Shown here: positions 44,476-54,531 of the stretch, piece after piece
Layout of the letters: each line of letters opens with the position of its first letter
Position numbering within the stretch: position 1 is the first letter of the stretch
DNA from: Anaerolineales bacterium
GTDB lineage: Bacteria > Chloroflexota > Anaerolineae > Anaerolineales > UBA11858
Direction of reading: 5' to 3'
Assembly: GCA_021108255.1 (NCBI GenBank)
Contig: JAIORG010000072.1
Coordinates: 95-64,094 of the forward strand
Length of the DNA: 64,000 nucleotides
The notes under the pieces: generated by a model
What the model was told of the DNA's origin: nothing
Seen by the model: only the letters and a program-made list of their open reading frames with translations
Database searches by the model: none
Program-made: the position numbers and the translations under genes

Positions 44476-45873
44476 TTAAATATTAAACACAGCCCCTTGC
44501 TCTGGATACTCGACATCCTGTATGCCGGCTTCATGCAATTTCTCCATCAATGGCTCTGCGCCGCGGGGTTCGCCGTGAACCAGGAACACCTTTTTAAGGG
44601 TTTCCTGTGTGGCCTGAGCATATTCCAGCAGCAGCTGCTGGCCAGCATGAGCGGAAAAGCCGTTAATGGTGATCACTTCTGCCTGGCGGTTGTAGGTTTT
44701 TCCGAATATTTTGATTTGTTTTTCCTGTTCAGCCAGCCGCCTTCCCAGGGTGTGGGGAGCCTGCCAGGATACAATCAAAATCGTATTGCGCGAGTCCTCA
44801 ATATGGTTCTTTAGATGATGGAGAATGCGACCTGTTTCTGCCATCCCTGAAGCGGAGATGACCACAAATGGAGGTTTTGTGAAATTAATTGCTTTGGACT
44901 CTTCCACTGAAAGAGTGTATTTTAATCCCTCGAAATCCAACGCGGCGTGGTGTTTATCCTGGGAAATAAAATCACGGGTTTCTTCATCAAAACATTCCGG
45001 GTGTTCTCTGAAAACCTGTGAGGCCCGAATAGCCAGTGGACTGTCTACAAAGACCGGGATTACCGGGATATCTCCATCCTCAACCATTTTATGCAAGCAA
45101 TACACCAGCTCTTGGGTGCGGCCAACAGCAAAGGAGGGAATTATCACCCTTCCCTTGCGGGCTATGGTTCGTTGGATCACATTACGAAATTCAAGAAAAG
45201 CTTCTTCTGGATCTCGTTTTTTCTCGTCACCATAGGTTGATTCCATGATCAGGATATCCGCATTGTCAGGAAGGATTGGATCACTGATCAGCTGTAGTCC
45301 GGGTCGGCCAATATCTCCGGAGAACCATAACCGGGAAGTTTTTCCTCTTTCTGTAATATCCAAAACGACCGCAGCGGATCCTAAAATATGACCAGCATCT
45401 ACCAGGTGGGCTTTTACCCCAGGAACCGGTTCAAAATATTCCTGATAATTGACACACGCAAACAGGGGAGCTACACGAGCAGCATCTTCCTTGGTGTAAA
45501 GAGGTTCAATGATCGGTTTGCCTTGTTTTAGGCGCTTTTTATTGAGATATTCAGCATCTTTTTCATGGATATAACCAGAATCCAGCAGCATGATATTGTC
45601 CAGGTGAGCTGTTGCGCTGGTGGTGTAAATAGGGCCGTTAAACCCCTGTTTTACCAGATTTGGCAGGTTGCCGCTGTGATCGATATGAGCGTGGGAAAGG
45701 ATCACAGCGTCAATTTCGTCTGGGCGAAAAGGAAATGTCCGGTTGCGAGTGAAGGATTCTTTTCGGCGGCCCTGGAATAAGCCGCAATCCAGCAGCAGCT
45801 TATGATTGTTGACTTCCACTAGATGCATGGAACCGGTAACTGTTCTGGCAGCCCCGTAAAAACGGATTTTCAT
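44476..45873 (-). CDS. MBL-fold beta-CASP ribonuclease (RNase J/CPSF73-like)
   Basis: LLLDCG, the HAHIDHSG motif, ESTYG, and C-terminal beta-CASP motifs (SGM, SAH..Q..L) are present. Confidence 0.85.
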   Translation of the reverse strand: MKIRFYGAARTVTGSMHLVEVNNHKLLLDCGLFQGRRKESFTRNRTFPFRPDEIDAVILSHAHIDHSGNLPNLVKQGFNGPIYTTSATAHLDNIMLLDSGYIHEKDAEYLNKKRLKQGKPIIEPLYTKEDAARVAPLFACVNYQEYFEPVPGVKAHLVDAGHILGSAAVVLDITERGKTSRLWFSGDIGRPGLQLISDPILPDNADILIMESTYGDEKKRDPEEAFLEFRNVIQRTIARKGRVIIPSFAVGRTQELVYCLHKMVEDGDIPVIPVFVDSPLAIRASQVFREHPECFDEETRDFISQDKHHAALDFEGLKYTLSVEESKAINFTKPPFVVISASGMAETGRILHHLKNHIEDSRNTILIVSWQAPHTLGRRLAEQEKQIKIFGKTYNRQAEVITINGFSAHAGQQLLLEYAQATQETLKKVFLVHGEPRGAEPLMEKLHEAGIQDVEYPEQGAVFNI

Positions 45874-47039
45874 TCAGTGCTCCTTGATATGCTGGCCTTT
45901 GTTAATACAGACAAGATATCTTCGCCAAATCTTTCCAACCTCCAGGGAACATCCGCTAACACCCTGGCTAATTCCTCTCTATTTGACGGATTGCTTGATA
46001 CCAACGCGTAAAGCAGTTCCCGGGGCAGAACCACAGCAGAGTTGACATTCATTTTTTGGGCAGTTCGTTTCCGCCAATCCCGCAGCGCTTTCTCCCTGGC
46101 AAAAATAGAGTCATCGACTCGTTCTCGCCGGGGAGGACGGACTGGATCAGAAGCCAAACCAGCTTTGATGGCTTGGACCAACCCTTCCGTGTGCTTGCGC
46201 AGGGCGTTTTTTCCAACCAGGTTCAAATTTAAAAGCTGCTGGGCGCTGGTCGGGCATTGCTCCGCCAGGTTTAACAAGGACTGGGAGCTGAGTACCTTGA
46301 ATACTGGCTGGTTTCTCTTTTTGGCAACCTGGTCCCGGTATTTAAAAAGCTTCACCAGAACAGCTGCTTTTTGGGGTGGGAGTTTTCTGGCTCCGTTGAT
46401 TCGCCAATAAGGAGCCAGTTTTTCTTCCCGATCCTGGCGGTGCACCTGACAGGCGCGGGAAAAATCTTCTGTGGCAATTGGAGTGAGTCCCTTTTTCTCT
46501 AATTCGGCTGCCAGGACCTGGCGAATTTTAATCAGGTAGTGGGTATCCATTTGTGCATACTGGAGCATGTCCTCAGCTAAGGGGCGCTTGCCCCAGTTGG
46601 CACGTTGATATTTTTTATTTACCCGGACCCCGACAATTTCTTCCAGGAGGGCATCAAGACCAAGTTTTTTTCGGCCTAGAATTTGAGCCGCCAGCATGGT
46701 GTCAAATAAATTGTGGAAATTAAAATGATACTCGTTGTACATGATTAAAATATCATATTCAGAAGCATGGAATATTTTCTCTATTCCGGGATTTGAGAAA
46801 ATATCTCCCAGGGGAGAGAGGTCCTCCAGAGCAAGAGGATCAATAATATAGTCTTTTTTGAAGCTGGAAATTTGAATCAGGCAGACCTGTTCCTGATAAG
46901 CATAGAGACTGTTGGCTTCAGTATCAACGGACAGGGTCTTTTCACCCCCAATATCCTGCAGTGTTTTTTCAAAAACATCTTGCTGGTTTACGAATTGAGG
47001 CGGCTTAAGCTTGATATTGTTTTGTGTCATAGATTTCAA
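45870..47039 (-). CDS. rnd: Ribonuclease D (DEDD 3'-5' exonuclease plus HRDC)
   Basis: VDTEAN (ExoI), FHASEYD (ExoII) and YAQMDTHYL (ExoIII) are present, followed by an HRDC-like C-terminal region. ATGA overlap with the downstream beta-CASP gene. Confidence 0.85.
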   Translation of the reverse strand: MKSMTQNNIKLKPPQFVNQQDVFEKTLQDIGGEKTLSVDTEANSLYAYQEQVCLIQISSFKKDYIIDPLALEDLSPLGDIFSNPGIEKIFHASEYDILIMYNEYHFNFHNLFDTMLAAQILGRKKLGLDALLEEIVGVRVNKKYQRANWGKRPLAEDMLQYAQMDTHYLIKIRQVLAAELEKKGLTPIATEDFSRACQVHRQDREEKLAPYWRINGARKLPPQKAAVLVKLFKYRDQVAKKRNQPVFKVLSSQSLLNLAEQCPTSAQQLLNLNLVGKNALRKHTEGLVQAIKAGLASDPVRPPRRERVDDSIFAREKALRDWRKRTAQKMNVNSAVVLPRELLYALVSSNPSNREELARVLADVPWRLERFGEDILSVLTKASISRSTE

Positions 47040-47100
47040 TTATAGCAGGGAGAAGCGTTTATTCGATCTCTGAAAATCCCTTCAAGACAATCAAATAACT

Positions 47101-47365
47101 TTGTCGTGCAGGAGTGTGTCGCTCTCTTTTCCCGTTTCGCTTGTCCTGAGTCCTTCGTCTCCACTTCGTTTCACTCAGGACGACAAACTCTCCTTTTGTC
47201 ATTCCGAGGAACGAGGAATCCACCAAACGATCAGGGGACTAAATCACCGGATTTTGCCAATTTGGATTGAAGTGATGTCTGGTCTCAGTATGGATCCTTC
47301 GCAAGCTCAGGATGACAGAAGGAAGGGAGGTTGTCATTTTCCCTGCTTGCGTAATCGAAGGACTA
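47101..47365. repeat. Cluster of about 5 REP-like hairpin repeat units (TGTCRTYCYGAG ... GARGGAWC type)
   Basis: Units include a hairpin GTCCTGAGT (47143-47151) / ACTCAGGAC (47173-47181). TGTCATTCCGAGGAACGAGGAATCC lies at 47197-47221. GGATCCTTCGCAAGCTCAGGATGACA at 47292-47317 is the opposite orientation of TGTCATCCTGAGCTTGCGAAGGATCC. Degenerate copies lie at 47101-47125 and 47331-47365. Confidence 0.6.
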
Positions 47366-47375
47366 GGGGTGACTT

Positions 47376-47849
47376 CTAAGTGGAGTGCAAGGTCTTTTCG
47401 AAAACTAGCGCGTCATCCCCCCCTTTGTAATAAGCACTCCAGGTATCAACCTGTTGGTAGGCATGTTTTTTGTAGAGCTGGATAGCGGGGTGATTAGACT
47501 GGCGTACGCTTAACCGGATCCTGGGCAAATTGATCTGAGATTCGCAGGTTTCCAGCAGCGTTGACCCGAGTCCAGCTTTCTGGTATTCAGGAAGCACAGC
47601 CAGGGTGGCTATCCAGGCAGTTTGCTGCATCCGGCGCAAATCGGCTGCGATGAATCCAATCAGCGTGTTTTTATCCGCAGCTTTAAGACGAAGCACTTGA
47701 GGCAGGGTTAGTACTCCCAGGACATCCAGCATCGGCCAGGCATCAACTTGAAAACAGATTCTTTCCAGTTGGTAAAGTTCTCTTAAGTCATGCCAGGTAG
47801 CGGGCATGATTTGAATTCCGCTACCTGGAAGAGTTTTATACTCACTCAT
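47376..47849 (-). CDS. GNAT-family N-acetyltransferase (RimI-like)
   Basis: GNAT motif A, LAVLPEYQKAGLGSTLL, with a size typical of RimI. Confidence 0.8.
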   Translation of the reverse strand: MSEYKTLPGSGIQIMPATWHDLRELYQLERICFQVDAWPMLDVLGVLTLPQVLRLKAADKNTLIGFIAADLRRMQQTAWIATLAVLPEYQKAGLGSTLLETCESQINLPRIRLSVRQSNHPAIQLYKKHAYQQVDTWSAYYKGGDDALVFEKTLHST

Positions 47850-47884
47850 TTATCAATCCAGAATGGCTGGGCCAAGGTAGTCAA

Positions 47885-49030
47885 TTATAAATCTTTTTCA
47901 TAGTAGCGGTAGGTTTTGTACACTTCCCCGCCCATGGCAATAATTGGTTTGTTCATCAAGTCATTATTATCCAGGATCCAGCTCATTTCAGCCATTTTGA
48001 TGCCTTTTTTCAAGGCTGCCTGGGCGGTCTTGAAGTAAAAAAGGGCATCTATACCCAAATTGCGATACTCTGGAATCACACCCAGGGCGAATACCCTGAT
48101 CCAGCTGACCTTGCGGCGGATCTTCCACTGCCAGACCAGCTTTCCCATCGTCCACCATTCCGGTGTATTGGGTTTGGGGTAGGCAAGTCGCAGGGGTTTA
48201 TTTAAATCTGGAAGCGTCAGACTGAAACCAACAGGTTTGCCATCTTTCTCGGCAATAAAGACCAGGTCTGGATCAATGATGGAATGCAGTTCGTCTGCCA
48301 GTTGATCAAATTCAAGATCGGTCATAGGTATAAAACCCCAGTTCATTGACCAGGCATTGTTGTAAAGAAGTTTTAACTTGTTGACTTCATCATCGTACTT
48401 CTTCATATCCAGGTTGTGGATGGTGATGTTCTTACGCGCCAGAATCCGGGTGGTAAGTTTGTCCAGCCGTTCCCCGGTGATTTCCATAAACTTTTTTACA
48501 CCTAGTTTGTAGGCCCAAAGGTCACGTGCGTACTTGTACCCTGACTTTTCAATATAATCTACATAATATGAGGGGTTGTAAGTCATCAGGATGCGGGGAT
48601 TGTCGTCAAATCCATCTACCAGCAAACCGCACTCATCGTTGGTAGACCACTGGGCAGGACCTCGCAGGGCAGTGTGCCCCCTTTCCTTCGCCCATGCTTC
48701 AGCGGTTTTAAACAACAGTTCTGCAGCTTCATAATCTTCCAGTACTTCAAAAAACCCAAAGAAGGCAACATTCTCACTCTGGTATTCATTATGGAGGTGA
48801 TTGGTAAAAACAGCAATCGTGCCTGCTATCCTCTCGCCGCGAAGCGCCATGTAGAACTGGACTTCTGAATGTTGAAAGAAAGGATTTTTCTCTGGATCGG
48901 TAAAGTGCATTCTCTCCGAAAAGATAGGCGGCACCCAATAAGGATCATCTTTATATACCGTCCAGGGGAAGCTTAAAAACGCTTTTCTATCCTCAGTGGT
49001 CTCAACAGACTTAATGATAAGGGAATTCAT
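47885..49030 (-). CDS. Two-domain GNAT-like acyltransferase of unknown specificity
   Basis: C-terminal GNAT-like motif (LGVIPEYRNLGIDALF) and an N-terminal GNAT-like half. This resembles a widespread uncharacterised family. Confidence 0.5.
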   Translation of the reverse strand: MNSLIIKSVETTEDRKAFLSFPWTVYKDDPYWVPPIFSERMHFTDPEKNPFFQHSEVQFYMALRGERIAGTIAVFTNHLHNEYQSENVAFFGFFEVLEDYEAAELLFKTAEAWAKERGHTALRGPAQWSTNDECGLLVDGFDDNPRILMTYNPSYYVDYIEKSGYKYARDLWAYKLGVKKFMEITGERLDKLTTRILARKNITIHNLDMKKYDDEVNKLKLLYNNAWSMNWGFIPMTDLEFDQLADELHSIIDPDLVFIAEKDGKPVGFSLTLPDLNKPLRLAYPKPNTPEWWTMGKLVWQWKIRRKVSWIRVFALGVIPEYRNLGIDALFYFKTAQAALKKGIKMAEMSWILDNNDLMNKPIIAMGGEVYKTYRYYEKDL

Positions 49031-49136
49031 AGAGTTGTCCTTTGAAGATTAGCGATGATCGTTTCATTGAGAAGGGGAATTAACCGGTGTGCCCCTTGAT
49101 TATACTAGATAGGAATCCCTATGGTATGATTTTAGG

Positions 49137-49892
49137 GTGATTACTCAACCCTTTATTTTGGACATATTCCCGCTTTATTCAATCATACTGACCTGTAGCG
49201 CAGCGCTCGGTTTGGGCTTGTCGGCCTGGATGGCTGCAGAGAGGAAACGGTTCATTGTTGATGCTGGAATAGGGCTGATATTTGTAAGTCTGCTGGGTGC
49301 CAGGATTGGTTATGTCTTTTTGAATTTTTCCTTTTTTAGGAACCATGCAAGTCAAATACCCCAAATCTGGCTGGGAGGCTTGAGTTGGCCGGGGGCGCTG
49401 ATGGGTGCCGGCGCTGCTTTATTGGGTATTCATCTGATCTGGAAGGAACCCCTGGGAGAGTTGGCAGACAGCTATCTTCCACTAGTGGGAACTGTCGCAG
49501 CTGCGATTTGGATGACCGGGTGGGGAGCAGGAGTTGGTTATGGTCCCCGAACGAGTGCCTGGTTTGGAATTCCAGTAAGAGATCTTTTTGGTGTTGTAGA
49601 GAACCGCTGGCCCCTCCCCATTCTTGGGACGGTGTTAAGCGCAGGATGGATAACAGGCTTAATCCTGCTTCCACTGAAACAGTGGAATGTTAAACCTGGC
49701 TGGAGGGCAGTGCTTGGATTTATAGGTATCGTAGTAATTAATGGAATTATTTCTGTTTTCCGGGTAGACCCTTCGCCTTTGCTGTGGGGATTAAGAGGTG
49801 AAACCTGGTTTTCCATAGCGCTGATGGTCTGTATTGTGGGAATTATTTTGAACCAGAGGAATTCAACAAACGATGAAAAAACTGAACCTTAA
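49137..49892 (+). CDS. lgt: Prolipoprotein diacylglyceryl transferase-like membrane protein
   Basis: GARIGYV and W.GGLSWPGALMGAG resemble Lgt motifs (GARL.YV, W.GG...HGGL.G). Seven hydrophobic segments, GTG start. Confidence 0.6.
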   Translation: MITQPFILDIFPLYSIILTCSAALGLGLSAWMAAERKRFIVDAGIGLIFVSLLGARIGYVFLNFSFFRNHASQIPQIWLGGLSWPGALMGAGAALLGIHLIWKEPLGELADSYLPLVGTVAAAIWMTGWGAGVGYGPRTSAWFGIPVRDLFGVVENRWPLPILGTVLSAGWITGLILLPLKQWNVKPGWRAVLGFIGIVVINGIISVFRVDPSPLLWGLRGETWFSIALMVCIVGIILNQRNSTNDEKTEP

Positions 49893-50688
49893 TGCCACTA
49901 AGGCTATTGATTCACTAACTAATTTTATTAAATCTACTGTGAATAATGCTGGTTTTTCCAAAGTGGTTCTGGGTGTCTCTGGCGGGGTGGATTCTTCTCT
50001 GAGTGCGTTCCTCTCAGTTCAGGCTCTGGGAGCAAAAAATGTCTTGGTGCTGCGGATGCCGTATAAAACTTCCTCGCAAGAATCTCTTGAACACGCCAAT
50101 CTGGTCATTGAGCAGCTAAGAGTGCCGTCATTGACGATTGATATTTCTGAAGCGGTAGATGCAGTCCTGGTTAACTTTCCAGATGCAAGCCCGGTACGGC
50201 GAGGGAACGTGATGGCTAGGATACGGATGATAAATGTTTATGACCAGTCGGCAGCTTTCCCGGGATTAGTCGTGGGCACGGGCAATAAAACCGAGTCCTT
50301 GCTGGGCTACAGCACCTTACACGGAGATGGAGCATTTGATTTTAACCCGCTGGTCGATCTTTATAAAGCCCAGGTACGGCAGCTGGCAGCCGAATTAGGT
50401 GTTCCCCGGCCAATCATCGAAAAACCACCTTCAGCAGATTTATGGGTGGGACAGACAGATGAAGAAGAAATCGGCTTTACTTATGACGAGATGGACCGCC
50501 TGTTGTATGCGCTTGTAGAAGAAGGACTCAGCTCAAGAGATTGCCTGGAGGCAGGATTTTCTGAAGAGTTTGTGCAGACTATCGTCAGCCGGGTTAAAAA
50601 GTATCGCTTTAAGAGCACCCTGCCCCTGGTGGGTTCAGTTGGTCAATTTCCACTTGCTGATCTAGAGAAGCTTCCAGCTTTTATTTGA
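49873..50688 (+). CDS. nadE: NH3-dependent NAD+ synthetase
   Basis: PP-loop GVSGGVDSS, GTGNKTE and SADLW are present. Confidence 0.9.
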   Translation: MKKLNLNATKAIDSLTNFIKSTVNNAGFSKVVLGVSGGVDSSLSAFLSVQALGAKNVLVLRMPYKTSSQESLEHANLVIEQLRVPSLTIDISEAVDAVLVNFPDASPVRRGNVMARIRMINVYDQSAAFPGLVVGTGNKTESLLGYSTLHGDGAFDFNPLVDLYKAQVRQLAAELGVPRPIIEKPPSADLWVGQTDEEEIGFTYDEMDRLLYALVEEGLSSRDCLEAGFSEEFVQTIVSRVKKYRFKSTLPLVGSVGQFPLADLEKLPAFI

Positions 50689-50780
50689 TTTAATTATTGA
50701 TTGGAGTAAACTATCCGTCCTTTGAAGATATCTCTCTGGAAAACAAGAAAGGGTTTAATGGATTATTTGGAGCAGAAACC

Positions 50781-52586
50781 ATGACAAAAAAAACTTTACC
50801 GGCAAGGAATGAAATACCTCAGGAAGAGACCTGGAATCTGGAAAGCATTTTTCCAAATGTAGAAGCCTGGAAGAAAACCTATGAAAAGGTAGAAAGCCGT
50901 CTGCCTGAACTTGATGAGTATAAAGGAAAATTGGACCAGAACCCCAAAACATTGCTTGACTGCCTGGTCCTTCGAGAAGAGATTCTTCGGGAGGTGGAGA
51001 AAGTCTATGTTTACAGCGGGTTGGAGAGCACTGTAGATGCCTCGGATCAAGACGCCCTGGCACGTTCAGGGCAAGGACAAGGACTGGGGGCCAGGGCATA
51101 TGCCGCGGTTTCCTTTATTGAACCAGAGATAATGACTCTGGGAATGGATCGGCTTAAGAAATGGATGGGCGAATTGGCTGAACTGGCGATTTACAGCCAT
51201 TACTTTGCAGACCTGGAGCGGCAAAAAGCGCATTTGCGGTCCGCAGAGGTGGAAGAGGTGCTGGCGCAGTCAGCTGACCCCCTCGCGCTCTTTCCCAACG
51301 CCTATGGAAGCTTGATAAACGCTGACTTAACGTTCACCCCGGCAAAAGGGAAAGATGGTTCCGAAAAAGAAGTTGGACAAACCAGTATAGATGATTTAAT
51401 CACTGACCCTGACCGGGAGATCCGCCGCACAGCCTGGGAACATTATGCGGACGCATATTTAAAGAATCAGAATACCATCGCTGCCATCCAGACCGGCGGT
51501 TTCAAACGAGATGTATTTATGGCCAAGGCCCGCCTGTATGGTTCCTCCCTGGAAGCATCCATGTATCCGGGTAACATCCCGCTGGAAGTCTTCCATAACC
51601 TGATCAAGGTTTATAAAGAAAACCTGCCTACTTGGCATCGCTATTGGCGGCTCCGGAAAGAAATATTGGGTTATGACGATCTGCATGTTTATGATATCGA
51701 AGCGCCTTTGGCTTCTACAAAACCTCATATCCCTTATCATCAGGCAGTTGATTGGATCTGCGAGGGTATGGCTCCCCTGGGAGAGGAGTTTGTCAAAACT
51801 CTCCGGAAGGGCTGCTTGGAAAGCCGTTGGGTGGATCGGGCACGCAACAAAGGCAAAACACAGGGAGCTTTTTCCTGGGGCGTGTATGATACCCAACCTT
51901 TCATCATGATGAGTTATGCTGACGACGTGTTCAGCCTCAGCACCCTGGCTCATGAGCTTGGACATTCAATGCATTCCTACTATACCCGGGAAAACCAACC
52001 CCATATCTACGGAGATTATTCTCTCTTCGTCGCTGAAGTGGCTTCCAACTTTAATCAAGCGATGGTACGAGATTATTTGTTCCGCACCCAGGAAGATCCT
52101 AATATTCAACTGGCGCTAATTGAAGAGACTATGTCTAATTACCACCGCTATTTCTTTATCATGCCAACTCTGGCGAGATTTGAGCTCGAAATGCACGAAC
52201 GCGTGGAACGAGGCGAACCGGTCAATGCCAGGTTAATGATTGACTTGACCGCTGACCTCTTTAAAGAGGGCTACGGGGAAGAAGTGGTCTTTGACCGGGA
52301 CCGGATCGGCATCACCTGGGCCCAGTTCGGACATATGTACATGAATTATTATGTCTACCAGTATGCCACGGGGATTTCCGGGGCCAACGCGCTGGTCAAT
52401 AAAGTGCTCAAAGAAGGTGAGAAAGCAGCCCAGGAGTATCTTGGTTTCTTAAAGGCAGGAAGCTCATTGTATCCCCTGGATGCCTTGCAGAAAGCAGGAG
52501 TAGACTTAACCGATCCAGAACCAGTGAAAGCAGCATTCCTGGTATTGGCAGATACGGTAGACCGCCTGGAAAAGCTGGCGCTATAG
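50781..52586 (+). CDS. pepF: Oligoendopeptidase F (M3B)
   Basis: HELGHSMH zinc motif with EVAS downstream. The N-terminus EETWNLESIF is typical of PepF. Start set to ATG 50781 with GGAG upstream. Confidence 0.9.
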   Translation: MTKKTLPARNEIPQEETWNLESIFPNVEAWKKTYEKVESRLPELDEYKGKLDQNPKTLLDCLVLREEILREVEKVYVYSGLESTVDASDQDALARSGQGQGLGARAYAAVSFIEPEIMTLGMDRLKKWMGELAELAIYSHYFADLERQKAHLRSAEVEEVLAQSADPLALFPNAYGSLINADLTFTPAKGKDGSEKEVGQTSIDDLITDPDREIRRTAWEHYADAYLKNQNTIAAIQTGGFKRDVFMAKARLYGSSLEASMYPGNIPLEVFHNLIKVYKENLPTWHRYWRLRKEILGYDDLHVYDIEAPLASTKPHIPYHQAVDWICEGMAPLGEEFVKTLRKGCLESRWVDRARNKGKTQGAFSWGVYDTQPFIMMSYADDVFSLSTLAHELGHSMHSYYTRENQPHIYGDYSLFVAEVASNFNQAMVRDYLFRTQEDPNIQLALIEETMSNYHRYFFIMPTLARFELEMHERVERGEPVNARLMIDLTADLFKEGYGEEVVFDRDRIGITWAQFGHMYMNYYVYQYATGISGANALVNKVLKEGEKAAQEYLGFLKAGSSLYPLDALQKAGVDLTDPEPVKAAFLVLADTVDRLEKLAL

Positions 52587-52621
52587 TTTTAGCGACGATT
52601 ATTTACGATTCTTAATCCAGC

Positions 52622-54313
52622 TTACAAAAACACCCCGTGACGCTTCTCTAAGATCTCACAGGTGCGGTTAATCTCTTGACCTTTTTTAGTATCAGTCCAG
52701 TTCAATTCCTCGCCGATAATTTCCGCTGCTTCAATTAGTGAATCCTTCGATAGGCGACCCAACCAGGCCAATTTTGTGCGGCGGATCAGGAAGTCATCCA
52801 GGTGGGTGACCATTTCCTGTTCAACAAGATAGGCAATTTCTCCCCGGGTATACCCGGGGAAATGTTTTAATGGAGGATCAGATTTCTTTGAGAGAAAATC
52901 GGCGATCTCTGTTGTTCTTGTGCCGTAACGGGCAAAAAGCTGCTCTATCCGCTCGAGAGGGATATCGCTCTTTTTTGTGATGTTTTTTATCCATGGTTGC
53001 TGTTTGTCCGTGCCTGCAGGATAATTCTTTCCTCCCCCGATAGGCAGCCTTGAGGTGCTCGCCTGGCGGACTTGGTTCAGGCGGTTAAGGACCTGGTCTG
53101 TGACCTGTTCCGACAACGCCCGGTAGCTGGTCCACTTCCCGCCCACGAGATTCAGAATTGGCCATGACGCACGAGAAGATTTTTCCACGATTTCAATGGA
53201 ATGATCCCGGCTGATCTGCCCGGTACTTCCCGTGGCCACGGGAAGGGGGCGGACACCGGAGAACTGAAATACGATTTGTTCCCTGGTGACTTTCAGAGAG
53301 GGAAAGATTTGAGGAACCATGCCGAGGATATATTCGGTTTCTTCTTCGGTGCAGACAGCATTATCGGGATTATCTATCCGAAGATCGGTGGACCCGATCA
53401 TGACATGATCCTGGAGGTAAGGGAAGATAAGCACGATCCGCCCATCTAAATACTCAAAAAAGATTTCATGGCCGCCGATCGCTTCCCGCAATTCAGGATG
53501 TTTAACAATTAAATGAGAGCCTTTTGTGCCTCCGATGAAGTTTGATTTACCGTTAATCTCATTGTTGATAACGTCAATCCAGGGTCCTCCGGCATTAATT
53601 ATTATTTCAGGGCTAATAGAAATATCTTCCCCGCTGATTTCATCTCTCAGCAGTATCTTGTTTTCTTCAGATCTCACAGGGCGGATGTAATTCAGCGCCC
53701 TGGCATGATTACCTTCACCTTCTCCATCCAGAAGTATTTCCATTGCTAACCGCTCCGGGGAATACATGCCGCCGTCATAATAAGTGGCAGCGAACCGTAT
53801 ATCCGGGTTGAAATCAGGCCACTTTTGAAGAGCTTTATCATGGCTGTCGATCCGGTGTCCAGGCATGGGGCTGTCCCCCCGGACATAGGCGTCGTACATC
53901 ATCAGACCTAATTTGATGATCACTGCGCCCCTCTCGGCTGGCCGATCAAGAAGACCTAAAAATTTAAGGGGGGAATTTAATAAACCAGAAAACCATTTAA
54001 AAATGGGGATCGTAGTTGGTAAGGGGTGGGTCAAATGGGGCGCGTTACGGAGCAAGTTGTTGCGTTCATGCAAGGCTTCGCGAACCAGACGGAACTCTCC
54101 ATTCTCAAGATACCTGATGCCGCCATGCAGCATATGAGAGGAAGCCATGCTGGCACCAGAGCAAAAATCAGAGCGATCAATAATTAAACAGTCAATTCCC
54201 TGCAAAGCTAAATCACGAAAAGTACCTATGCCGTTAATTCCAGCTCCAATGATGAGAACAGTTGTCTTTGGATTATTCTTAATTGACTGAATCGTTTGTG
54301 CCCGGTTCATCAT
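52622..54313 (-). CDS. glpD: FAD-dependent glycerol-3-phosphate dehydrogenase
   Basis: IIGAGINGIG, SGASMASSHMLHGGIRYLENGEFRLVREAL.ERN.LL.NAPHL aligns by eye to GlpD. Confidence 0.85.
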   Translation of the reverse strand: MMNRAQTIQSIKNNPKTTVLIIGAGINGIGTFRDLALQGIDCLIIDRSDFCSGASMASSHMLHGGIRYLENGEFRLVREALHERNNLLRNAPHLTHPLPTTIPIFKWFSGLLNSPLKFLGLLDRPAERGAVIIKLGLMMYDAYVRGDSPMPGHRIDSHDKALQKWPDFNPDIRFAATYYDGGMYSPERLAMEILLDGEGEGNHARALNYIRPVRSEENKILLRDEISGEDISISPEIIINAGGPWIDVINNEINGKSNFIGGTKGSHLIVKHPELREAIGGHEIFFEYLDGRIVLIFPYLQDHVMIGSTDLRIDNPDNAVCTEEETEYILGMVPQIFPSLKVTREQIVFQFSGVRPLPVATGSTGQISRDHSIEIVEKSSRASWPILNLVGGKWTSYRALSEQVTDQVLNRLNQVRQASTSRLPIGGGKNYPAGTDKQQPWIKNITKKSDIPLERIEQLFARYGTRTTEIADFLSKKSDPPLKHFPGYTRGEIAYLVEQEMVTHLDDFLIRRTKLAWLGRLSKDSLIEAAEIIGEELNWTDTKKGQEINRTCEILEKRHGVFL

Positions 54314-54531
54314 GTTTTGTAATCTCCGAAAAAAACCACACTGGATCGAAAATATTCAGTTATTGATTTGATAGGCATGTTTTGATATCTAACAGCCAGC
54401 TAACCTTTCTATTCTTATCTAAAGGTTATAATATGTCAAAGATATTTTATCACCCTGATAGCTACTTAGTTAACAAAGGAAATTGATTTCTTAGTGAACG
54501 GCGGCGACGGCCTGCCCTTCGGGAGGAGAGG

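Noticed and set aside
47101-47379. The 92-aa ORF called in the track.
   Set aside because: Its sequence is the translation of clustered palindromic repeat units (SFCHSEERGIH-type peptides), with no RBS. I treat it as a repeat region, not a gene.
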